A stretch of 5,727 nucleotides of DNA, taken from a virus. Below the pieces are notes generated by a model, which was not told where the DNA came from, ran no database searches, and worked only from the letters and a program-made list of their open reading frames with translations. Shown here piece by piece: positions 1 through 5,664 of the stretch. A program made the translations under genes and the position numbers. The DNA lies in IMG/VR virus record IMGVR_UViG_3300045988_011597, one strand, 5' to 3'. Each line of letters begins with the position of its first letter. The stretch's first letter is position 1.

Positions 1-43
1 AAAAAAAAAAAAAACGCAAGCCTGATTTTCGTCAGACTCACGT
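1..43 (-). terminator. Rho-independent terminator for - strand transcripts
   Basis: The - sense RNA reads ACGUGAGUCUGA-CGAAAA-UCAGGCUUGCGU followed by 13 more U. That is a 12-bp stem (14..25 pairs with 32..43), a 6-nt loop and a U-tract at 1..13. Three stem pairs are G.U in the - sense RNA but C.A mismatches in the + sense, so the hairpin is better in the coding sense. It begins 13 nt after the stop codon of the 57..239 CDS. Confidence 0.8.
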
Positions 44-55
44 TTTTTTGCGGTT
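1..55. repeat. Direct terminal repeat copy A (identical to 5673..5727); circular-assembly overlap
   Basis: A14 followed by cgcaagcctgattttcgtcagactcacgtttttttgcggtt occurs identically at both window ends, by base-by-base comparison. Confidence 0.95.
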
Positions 56-56
56 T

Positions 57-239
57 TTACATTACTACGAATTCTTCGTGGTAGGTTTCTTCGTGCCGTT
101 TGCAGTAGGCGTCATAAAATTCTTGTTCTGTGCATGGTGCCATTTCCCTGTGCAGTTCTTCTCTGATTTCGTTGTCCATCAGGTTTACTGCTGCTTCGTA
201 GTCGATGTTGTTTCCGTTCTGGTCGATGACGTATTTCAT
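57..239 (-). CDS. Small highly acidic hypothetical protein (60 aa), accessory gene
   Basis: Product: MKYVIDQNGNNIDYEAAVNLMDNEIREELHREMAPCTEQEFYDAYCKRHEETYHEEFVVM. It has 15 D/E versus 5 K/R. The ATG at 239 has SD AAGGAG (247..252) 7 nt upstream. The 92-aa version in the ORF track (start 335) would run through the promoter at 279..307, so the shorter start is preferred. Confidence 0.7.
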   Translation of the reverse strand: MKYVIDQNGNNIDYEAAVNLMDNEIREELHREMAPCTEQEFYDAYCKRHEETYHEEFVVM

Positions 240-269
240 GGTTTTTCTCCTTTCGGTGTGTGTCTTTCT

Positions 270-301
270 TACACCTTTATTATACACCTTTTGCATACAC
301 T
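270..301 (-). promoter_or_regulatory. Operator-like direct repeats (A/G)GTGTA x3 at 13-nt periodicity overlapping the -10 and TSS of P1
   Basis: The + strand has TACACC at 270..275 and 283..288, and TACACT at 296..301. The same GGTGTA-N7-GGTGTA pair sits in identical register at P2. Confidence 0.5.
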
Positions 302-307
302 TGTCAA
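279..307 (-). promoter_or_regulatory. Consensus sigma70/sigmaA-type promoter P1 driving the acidic-protein gene
   Basis: The - strand reads TTGACA (302..307), a 17-nt spacer, then TATAAT (279..284). Both hexamers match consensus perfectly at optimal spacing, and the -10 lies about 40 nt upstream of the ATG at 239. Confidence 0.75.
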
Positions 308-324
308 CTACTTTTCGGTTGGTA

Positions 325-392
325 GGCTTGCCCATCAGACTCCCCGCCGCAGCGGCTCCGCTGTTAAGCTATTTGCGGCAAGCCGTCAGACT
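325..392. other. GC-rich structured spacer between the VP4 stop and P1, carrying terminator-related motifs
   Basis: ggcttgcc (325..332) is the reverse complement of ggcaagcc (377..384). The nested palindromes gccgc-a-gcggc and cagcgg-ct-ccgctg lie at about 345..364. tcagact follows each arm (335..341 and 386..392). Confidence 0.5.
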
Positions 393-425
393 TTGTGTCA
401 GCTGCCCCGCCTGCTTTATTTGCAT

Positions 426-1541
426 TTATATTTCTTCTCTTATCAGCTTTGTAAATTTATCTTGATTCTTTCGGTCTTTTGCGTCATAATATTCTTGCAT
501 GGTCAAGCCGGTCTGTTTGAGCTGGGCAAAGAGTGCATCGTTCGCGATTCTTCGCCGTTCGCGTTTGATGGCTTTCAGCTCTTCTGATTCGGCTTTTACT
601 ATTGTGTCTTCAATTCCCTCGCTTTCTGCTTCGGATAGTGGTGCAGCATTCGAATGTTCCAGATCAAAGAGTTTATCAAAGTATCTTGGTGGTTTGCATC
701 GTTTTCCGTTTTTCAGCTGGATTTCATCTTTTTTATAGATTTCTTCTTTGTGCTCCTCATAGTATTGCATTCCGATTGCCGGTGCTTTGCTCATCATGCA
801 TCGTTCTGGCAGCACTCCGAGTTCTTCGTAGTATTTTGCTGAGTCTTTGCCGTATATTTTTTTTGTGGTGTATCTGGCTGTGTATGCCATGTTTTTCCAT
901 TCTGCTGGTGCTATGACCACATGACCCATACCCCAGATTTTTGTTATCCAGTCTACATTGTAGTATCTGAATCCATTTTTTTGTTTGTAAACTTTGAGTT
1001 CGTCTTGTTTTATTGGTAGGTCATATACGATTGCATGATAATGCGGTCTGTGTGTCTGGCTTCCGTATTCGCCTGCCTGATAGTACATCAGTTTTCCGGT
1101 GTTTCTTTCATGGTATTCTAACCAGCGTCTTAGGCGTTTCCAAAATTTTTGCATGTCCTCATAGTTGAGTGTTAAGTTTTCTATGATGATTTCGCCTGTT
1201 TTTTTGTTAATGCCTAAACCCTGATTATAAGACCATGGTACATGTTCATTGTCGTATGTAAGTGTTAAAAACCATGCGTTTTCATGGTATGGCAGCTCCA
1301 TTTCCATCCTGTTTGCCCAGCTGCTTGCATTTTGCATTTTACAGCCTGCACAGTGTCCGCATGGTAGAATTTGCGCGTTTTCGTCTTTCAGCTTACGCAG
1401 CAGCTTTTTTTCTAGGCTTTCTTCCCAGAATGGTCCTTCAAAATTTTGCTGGTTGTTGTGTCTCTTGCCTGCCAGCAGGTATTTTTTCAGGGTCGTTATT
1501 TCGCCGTCTGCGAACCTGATCAGTGGTCTCGTGCACCCCAT
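426..1541 (-). CDS. VP4: Replication initiation protein VP4 (HUH rolling-circle endonuclease, Microviridae Rep)
   Basis: 371 aa. RCR motif I FLTLTY is at aa 91-96. HUH motif HYHAIVY was verified at 1023..1043. The catalytic double-Tyr motif YTARYTTKK was verified at 858..884. A CGHCAGC Cys cluster is at aa 61-67. SD GGGGTG lies upstream of the ATG at 1541. Confidence 0.9.
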   Translation of the reverse strand: MGCTRPLIRFADGEITTLKKYLLAGKRHNNQQNFEGPFWEESLEKKLLRKLKDENAQILPCGHCAGCKMQNASSWANRMEMELPYHENAWFLTLTYDNEHVPWSYNQGLGINKKTGEIIIENLTLNYEDMQKFWKRLRRWLEYHERNTGKLMYYQAGEYGSQTHRPHYHAIVYDLPIKQDELKVYKQKNGFRYYNVDWITKIWGMGHVVIAPAEWKNMAYTARYTTKKIYGKDSAKYYEELGVLPERCMMSKAPAIGMQYYEEHKEEIYKKDEIQLKNGKRCKPPRYFDKLFDLEHSNAAPLSEAESEGIEDTIVKAESEELKAIKRERRRIANDALFAQLKQTGLTMQEYYDAKDRKNQDKFTKLIREEI

Positions 1542-1564
1542 ATGGATGTTTCACCCCGTTCGCC

Positions 1565-1610
1565 TCAGTGGGCCCCAATAACCGCTCTTGATGTTATTGG
1601 GGCCCACTGA
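1565..1610. other. Perfect 18-bp GC-rich inverted repeat (hairpin) with 10-nt loop, between the RHH gene and VP4
   Basis: 1565..1582 (tcagtgggccccaataac) pairs without mismatch to 1593..1610 (gttattggggcccactga). The loop is cgctcttgat. On the + strand a T8 run follows at 1616..1623 after a 5-nt gap. On the - strand there is no U-run after the stem. Confidence 0.85.
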
Positions 1611-1635
1611 CACAATTTTTTTTGTCAAGCCTGAT

Positions 1636-1845
1636 TTACTCATGGACTTTTGTTGTTTTGATGTTCCATTCATTTGCGAATGTGTAGCCTGTTACCTGTG
1701 TGCAATATGCTGCTATTGCGTCTCTGATAATGTCGCTTGTGTTCCCGCTCCATCCTCTGAGTATCATTTCATCTTTGATGGCTTCTAGTGCTGTGATTTC
1801 TCTGTCTGTGAGATTGATGTTGATTCTTTTTGTTACGTTTTTCAT
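1636..1845 (-). CDS. Ribbon-helix-helix (CopG/Arc/MetJ-like) DNA-binding protein, 69 aa
   Basis: Product starts MKNVTKRININLTDREITALEAIKDEMILRGWSGNTSDIIRDAIAAYC... It shows a beta-strand (RININL), helix A, a turn (SGNTS) and helix B (DIIRDAIAAY), which fits the RHH pattern. SD AAGGGG lies 7 nt upstream of the ATG at 1845. It has its own promoter P2. Confidence 0.7.
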   Translation of the reverse strand: MKNVTKRININLTDREITALEAIKDEMILRGWSGNTSDIIRDAIAAYCTQVTGYTFANEWNIKTTKVHE

Positions 1846-1880
1846 TATTTTACCCCTTTCTAGGTGAGGCGTGTGATTAG

Positions 1881-1899
1881 TACACCCATAATATACACC
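1881..1899 (-). promoter_or_regulatory. Operator-like direct repeats GGTGTA-N7-GGTGTA overlapping the -10 and TSS of P2
   Basis: The + strand has TACACC at 1881..1886 and 1894..1899. Spacing (13 nt) and register relative to the -10 are the same as at P1. Confidence 0.5.
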
Positions 1900-1918
1900 C
1901 CTTTTCTTTGTTTGTCAA
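1890..1918 (-). promoter_or_regulatory. Near-consensus sigma70/sigmaA-type promoter P2 driving RHH gene and probably VP4
   Basis: The - strand reads TTGACA (1913..1918), a 17-nt spacer, then TATATT (1890..1895). The -35 starts immediately after the VP2 stop codon (1919..1921). Confidence 0.7.
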
Positions 1919-2899
1919 TTATTTACGGTTTCTCGGGTCTGTTTTTCTAGCGAAGTCTGTTATGTTGTCGTAGTGGTCCATTCCGGTCATTTCGCTTTCG
2001 TTTTTGTTTCCGTTTTTGTTTCCGTATCTCTGGTTCGGTGCCAGACCTGCAAGTTTTTTGTTGCTTTCGTTTTCGTTTCGGTTGCTGCTTGTGATATTTT
2101 GCATATTTTTTGCGGATGTGCTCCCTACTTGGTTTGCCATCTGCTGCATGTTGGATGCAATTCCATATTGGTTTGTTTCTTTTGCGGTGTTGATCACTTG
2201 CATTGCGTTTTGGAGGAACTGCGCTGTGTTGTTACCGTAATCGTACATTGCTTGCATGTTTGCGGTGTGCGCTGTCGGTATGGCTGCGCTCTGCGTGTGG
2301 CTAAAGCTTTGGATGCCACTGCTTGCTGTTCCGCCGCTCGGTGCCTGACCTGCGCCGAATCCGTTGTATGCTGCAAGTACAGGGTTAAGCCCTGCTGCTT
2401 TCATGTCGGTAACGCCGCGCTGGTAACTGGTGTTGCTCATGCGTTCTTGCCATGCGCGTTGTGTTGCAGCTTCGTTTGAGTTGTAGCGCTGTGCGCTTGT
2501 CTGGCTTGCTAAGTTCAGGCCGTTGGCGAACATGTTCGAGAACATGTTCATGGTGTTTGCCATGCTCCACATTCCGCTTTGCAGGTTGTTTGCTGTCTGT
2601 GCCTGTCCTGCGTTGAATGCTCCGGCTGCTCCTGCGTTGTTTCCTGTCGGCGTTCCCATTGCTGTTTTCAGCGCGTCTACGATGCCTGATACACTGCCGG
2701 TTTTTACGCTTGCACCGCTTTCGCTGCTGCTGCCTGCGGTCGTGCTGCTCATGTTGCTGCTTGTGTCGGCTGTGCTGTTCATGCTCTGCTGTCCGCTGCT
2801 CGAACTGATGTTTTTTAACCCGCTCTGCAGCAGACTGCCGCCCACGTTGATCATTGCCGGTAAGCCGTATTGTATAAGTGCTCCTAGGATTGGATCCAT
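1919..2899 (-). CDS. VP2: Minor capsid / DNA pilot protein VP2
   Basis: 326 aa. It sits directly downstream of VP1. It has a hydrophobic N-terminus ([21 protein letters not shown]), S/T/N/Q/G/A-rich low-complexity flanks, and a conserved-looking core [20 protein letters not shown] typical of gokushovirus VP2. SD AAGGGGGTG starts right after the VP1 stop. Confidence 0.8.
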   Translation of the reverse strand: MDPILGALIQYGLPAMINVGGSLLQSGLKNISSSSGQQSMNSTADTSSNMSSTTAGSSSESGASVKTGSVSGIVDALKTAMGTPTGNNAGAAGAFNAGQAQTANNLQSGMWSMANTMNMFSNMFANGLNLASQTSAQRYNSNEAATQRAWQERMSNTSYQRGVTDMKAAGLNPVLAAYNGFGAGQAPSGGTASSGIQSFSHTQSAAIPTAHTANMQAMYDYGNNTAQFLQNAMQVINTAKETNQYGIASNMQQMANQVGSTSAKNMQNITSSNRNENESNKKLAGLAPNQRYGNKNGNKNESEMTGMDHYDNITDFARKTDPRNRK

Positions 2900-2910
2900 G
2901 TTGCACCCCC

Positions 2911-4557
2911 TTAGATTGTGTCAAGGCCCGGCACACTGTATACCGGCATCGGTCGTGTCCAGCTCTGGTCGAAGAAAAAGTTGCAGATAAACTGGTGACT
3001 GTTGCTTGACTGTACTGCAAGTGTTCTGTCGATGTTTTCCGTTCCTTCTTTGATCCAGCTGCTGGAGAGCGTCGGAAGTGTGTCGTACTTGTCTGCGTAG
3101 TGCCATGCGTCCAGAGTCTGAGCGTAGGTGCTGCGCATTTCGCTGGTTACCATGTTCGTCCTGTAGCGGTAGTCCGCCCAGGCCTCCTGATAACCGAATA
3201 CTTCTTCATCCTTTTCGGTCCCCTGTGCATAGATTTCGCGGTTAAGTACGGCCTGTTCCCCGAGGTTTGCAAGCATCGGATCATAGTAGCTAAATCGTGT
3301 GGTTCTCGTCCACATGCGCGGCAGTCCCTGCTGATAGCTGTGATCTACTCGGATTGCTGCCAGTCCCAGCACATAGCCATGCTCTGTTGCGCTGTAGGTG
3401 CACATGTTCCGGCTCATGGTCGTCATGGAGTATGCTGCAGTGTTGCCCTGCGGAGACGTGCTGTCGGTGCTGGATGTCTGAATCACCTGATTGATATTGA
3501 TCGGCAGTCGATATCCGCCGATATATTCGCTCCGGTCAAGTCGTGCGTCTGGGCTGGTTACTCCCCATGCGCCTTTCAGGATTTCTTTGTACCGCGTGCC
3601 GGTTCTTGCATCTCGTTCAAAGATGTGCTGCACTGCGATGGCTTGCCGCAGTTCGTTGATGGTTGCGCCTGCTACGTTGCTCAGGTCTGCCCATAAGTAT
3701 CCGCCGTCACCTTGTGTGCCTGCTGATGTTCGAGCGCCGATTACTTGTGTGGCTAGTTTCGGGTAGCCTGGTGTCGTGAAGCTCATGTTGTGCATGCTTC
3801 CTTGTGCATTTGCTGCTGTTGAGTTGAGATAGATGTATTGCGTTGTTGGGTATTCTTTTCCATCGGCGAAGCCCATAAAGATAGGTGCATTGCCAAGCAT
3901 CGGAATGGTTACCGGTTCGCTTGCTTTCTGCGGAGATGGCAGGCAGCTGGTGAAGTAGTCTTTGTACTTACAGACCTTCAAAGGCAAACCGCCTGCTTCT
4001 GCGTCGGTCAAGGCCGTGCCGGTGTTGCTGCCTGCGGTCGTCGTGTCGTCTTTGCTCTGTGTGACAGGCTGCTGCAGGTTTTCGTCCCTGAACCACTCGT
4101 TCCAGATTTTTGCATATGCTCTGAACGGCATACTGTTGACGCTCAGACCTTTCACGCCGGTCGGGATGCCCATATAATCCGCGATCGTGCCCACGTTCCA
4201 GCCGTTTTCCGGTGCAGTTGTCTGCGGAGTGGTGTATTCGGTTGTTTCTGCCCAGAAAGTGGAGTCGTTCTGTCCCATCAGGTTTTCGAAGTGGTTCCAC
4301 AGCAGTCGTGCCGGCACGAAGAAAAAGTAAAAGTCGATGTTTGCGTTATCCATGACAGGATAAAGCGGAGTCGCCATGCGCACCAGCGCGTTCAGGTTGA
4401 TCTTGAAAGTATCTGCAGGAAGTACCTCGTCAACGTAGATCGGTACAAGGTCGCCTTCGTTCATCGTGGTCAGCAGGTTAAAAGGCCGGTCGAATTTTGC
4501 GCGTCGGATTTCTGCATGCGGCACCTGTGCAAAGTGCTGCTCACTGTTTCTGTTCAT
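2911..4557 (-). CDS. VP1: Major capsid protein VP1 (Microviridae F-like jelly-roll capsid)
   Basis: 548 aa. The N-terminal signature is [43 protein letters not shown]...[27 protein letters not shown], characteristic of gokushovirus VP1. SD GAGGT lies 8 nt upstream of the ATG at 4557. Confidence 0.93.
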   Translation of the reverse strand: MNRNSEQHFAQVPHAEIRRAKFDRPFNLLTTMNEGDLVPIYVDEVLPADTFKINLNALVRMATPLYPVMDNANIDFYFFFVPARLLWNHFENLMGQNDSTFWAETTEYTTPQTTAPENGWNVGTIADYMGIPTGVKGLSVNSMPFRAYAKIWNEWFRDENLQQPVTQSKDDTTTAGSNTGTALTDAEAGGLPLKVCKYKDYFTSCLPSPQKASEPVTIPMLGNAPIFMGFADGKEYPTTQYIYLNSTAANAQGSMHNMSFTTPGYPKLATQVIGARTSAGTQGDGGYLWADLSNVAGATINELRQAIAVQHIFERDARTGTRYKEILKGAWGVTSPDARLDRSEYIGGYRLPININQVIQTSSTDSTSPQGNTAAYSMTTMSRNMCTYSATEHGYVLGLAAIRVDHSYQQGLPRMWTRTTRFSYYDPMLANLGEQAVLNREIYAQGTEKDEEVFGYQEAWADYRYRTNMVTSEMRSTYAQTLDAWHYADKYDTLPTLSSSWIKEGTENIDRTLAVQSSNSHQFICNFFFDQSWTRPMPVYSVPGLDTI

Positions 4558-5050
4558 CTGCGTTTACCTCGTTTTTCGTCATTTTGTCGGTTCCGTTGTT
4601 CTGATCAGCCTGTGCTGCAGGATCGTTTTTCGTCGAAATGCCCATTTTTTCGAGCCATTCTTCTTCGCCTGCGGTTGCTGCCCAGTTCTGGAAGTTCATG
4701 CCGAACTTCTGCCTGATCTCCAGCGGCAGCTGGTCGAACTTTTCCCGCTGCTCGTTCATCAGGTTCAGGTATTCTGTGTACGTTTTCGGCAGTTTGGTTG
4801 TGTCGATGTAGTATCCCGGAGTTGCCAAAGCGCTTTCATCGCCTGCGGCGTATCGGCTGAGGATTGCCATTACGTCGCATTCGTCGCGGTAGCTCTGGAT
4901 TTTTTCGTAGGTGTTGACCTCTCCGACTTTTACAAGATACGGATGGCCTTTTTCGTCATATCGTTCTTTATACTCTGGTTCGAGCACGTTGCCTGCACAG
5001 TTCGGCTTTGCTTCTGGCTTCTCCTTTTCATACGGCTTGAAGATTTTCAT
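4541..5050 (-). CDS. VP3: Internal scaffolding protein VP3
   Basis: 169 aa. The ...YRDECDVMAILSRY... and ...FDQLPLEIRQKFGMNFQNW... blocks match the conserved ECDI and FDxLPxxIRxxFG pattern of Chlamydia-phage-type VP3. SD GGAGG lies 8 nt upstream. Its start overlaps the upstream gene stop as ATGA, and it overlaps the VP1 start by 17 nt. Confidence 0.8.
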   Translation of the reverse strand: MKIFKPYEKEKPEAKPNCAGNVLEPEYKERYDEKGHPYLVKVGEVNTYEKIQSYRDECDVMAILSRYAAGDESALATPGYYIDTTKLPKTYTEYLNLMNEQREKFDQLPLEIRQKFGMNFQNWAATAGEEEWLEKMGISTKNDPAAQADQNNGTDKMTKNEVNADEQKQ

Positions 5051-5325
5051 GCTTTCTTCCTCCGTGCCGGTTTTGCTGCCGGTTCCGTCATGGCTTTCTT
5101 TTCCTGCTCGATGTTGTAGACCAGTTCCGGCTGCTGCGGCATGATCTGGCCGGTTTCGGTGTCGTATTCGCCAAGCTTGTAAATGCGCTTGTCCTCGCAG
5201 TCCTGCTTTTCGGTTTCTTCGGTCAGCCAGTGGAAAGTACGCTGCGCCACTTTCGGGTTGATCACCATCAGATTGCCATATGTCCCCGCGAGTTCGTCCT
5301 TAATGCTGTAAATTTCGAGAATCAT
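5047..5325 (-). CDS. VP5: VP5-like small non-structural protein of gokushoviruses (92 aa from the ATG at 5325)
   Basis: MILEIYSIKDELAGTYGNLMVINPKVAQRTF...RIYKLGEYDTETGQI fits my recollection of the VP5/ORF5 pattern (M-x-I-F/Y-x-I-Y/F-D...A-x-R-x-F...Y-x-L-G-x-F/Y-D-x-x-T-G). AAGGAG lies 13 nt upstream of the ATG at 5325. The track start at 5367 adds 14 residues with no better RBS, so the start is uncertain. Confidence 0.6.
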   Translation of the reverse strand: MILEIYSIKDELAGTYGNLMVINPKVAQRTFHWLTEETEKQDCEDKRIYKLGEYDTETGQIMPQQPELVYNIEQEKKAMTEPAAKPARRKKA

Positions 5326-5524
5326 TTTCGTTGTTCCACTCCTTTTCGATTTGTTCATACAGTTCATCTTTGTGCCTGAGTCCTACTTTGATTGCTGCGC
5401 GTCCTGTGGTTGACAGGCTCGTTCGTTCTGCTTTTGCCCATTCGACGATTTCTGCAGCAGTCTCAGCTCCGACATAGATGTTCATCGTTGATTTAGGGTC
5501 TTCGCTTCTTCGGTATCCTTTCAC
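5300..5524 (-). CDS. Second RHH-like small protein (74 aa from the GTG at 5524; alternative ATG at 5485 gives 61 aa)
   Basis: The core MNIYVGAETAAEIVEWAKAERTSLSTTGRAAIKVGL fits a strand-helix-turn-helix RHH layout, preceded by the basic arm KGYRRSEDPKST. The GTG at 5524..5522 has SD GGGGAGGA 8 nt upstream and overlaps the TGA of the upstream basic ORF as GTGA. The 115-aa track call starts at a GTG only 1 nt from the SD, which is not credible. Confidence 0.5.
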   Translation of the reverse strand: MKGYRRSEDPKSTMNIYVGAETAAEIVEWAKAERTSLSTTGRAAIKVGLRHKDELYEQIEKEWNNENDSRNLQH

Positions 5525-5640
5525 AGCCTGATTCCTCCCCGGCTCGGCTTCGGCGAAATATTGATTTTTTTCGTCTTCTTCGCCGTGTTGGTAAAGATTT
5601 TCTTGTCGGTTTTCGGTTTTACGGTCTTTCTGTATGCCAT
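5521..5640 (-). CDS. Hidden 39-aa highly basic protein, candidate DNA-condensing/packaging protein (phiX174 J / gokushovirus VP8 analogue)
   Basis: Hand-translated product: MAYRKTVKPKTDKKIFTNTAKKTKKINISPKPSRGGIRL. It has 13 K/R and 1 D. The ATG at 5640 is preceded by the best SD in the genome, AAGGAGG (5649..5655), with an 8-nt spacer. It is the first gene after the terminator. It falls below the length of every ORF in the supplied track. Confidence 0.6.
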   Translation of the reverse strand: MAYRKTVKPKTDKKIFTNTAKKTKKINISPKPSRGGIRL

Positions 5641-5664
5641 TATGCACGCCTCCTTTTTTCTCTC

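Noticed and set aside
240-335. N-terminal extension of the 57..335 ORF (92-aa version)
   Set aside because: The extension would be translated through the perfect TTGACA-17-TATAAT promoter and has no SD. The internal ATG at 239 has AAGGAG at 7 nt.
369-425. 18-aa ORF (MQIKQAGQLTQSLTACRK) starting immediately after the VP4 stop (TAAATG)
   Set aside because: It is too short, has no SD beyond possible coupling, and lies in a spacer better explained by palindromes and repeat motifs.
1623-1628. A third TTGACA on the - strand, just downstream of the RHH gene stop
   Set aside because: No -10-like hexamer lies 16-18 nt downstream; that position falls in the GC-rich hairpin arm. It is part of the CAAGCCTGATTT repeat rather than a promoter.
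1880-1900. dif/XerCD-like recombination site, as used by some integrating gokushoviruses (AT-rich cccataatatacacc)
   Set aside because: Only the AT-rich centre resembles a dif core, and the flanking arms do not match the Xer-binding half-sites I know. The sequence is fully explained as the -10 plus operator repeats.
2385-3020. 211-aa R/Q/H-rich - strand ORF overprinting the VP1 end and the VP2 N-terminal half
   Set aside because: It starts at TTG and has no ATG until near its C-terminus. It spans the T-poor low-complexity part of VP2, where alternative frames lack stops for compositional reasons. I saw no RBS. Only conservation analysis could rescue it.
3486-3503. ttgatattgat resembling part of the phiX174 origin (CAACTTGATATTAATAAC)
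   Set aside because: The match is short, lies on the non-coding (+) strand inside VP1, and has no supporting structure. It is probably coincidence.
4151-4178. + strand promoter-like TTCACG-16-TATAAT inside VP1 (antisense)
   Set aside because: A perfect -10 with a 4/6 -35 is roughly what chance would produce in a window this size (rough estimate about 0.3 per genome). There is no downstream + strand gene or terminator nearby.
3968-4300. 110-aa - strand ORF inside VP1, and the similar small ones at 2194..2376 and 2921..3106
   Set aside because: They are out-of-frame overlaps inside conserved structural genes, with R/H/Q-rich nonsense-like composition and no SD.
48-5144. Many long + strand ORFs (for example 48..587, 1973..2479, 2523..2990, 3100..3696, 3838..4716, 4466..5119), rich in F/L/C/V
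   Set aside because: The + strand is T-rich and A-poor, so stop codons are rare and antisense frames stay open. These ORFs lie antisense to well-supported - strand genes, give low-complexity hydrophobic or Cys-rich products, and I saw no SD or promoter for them.
5525-5647. N-terminal 41 residues of the 115-aa ORF-track call starting at the GTG at 5647
   Set aside because: That GTG lies only 1 nt from the SD, which instead fits the out-of-frame ATG at 5640. The segment is better explained as the alternate frame of the 39-aa basic ORF.
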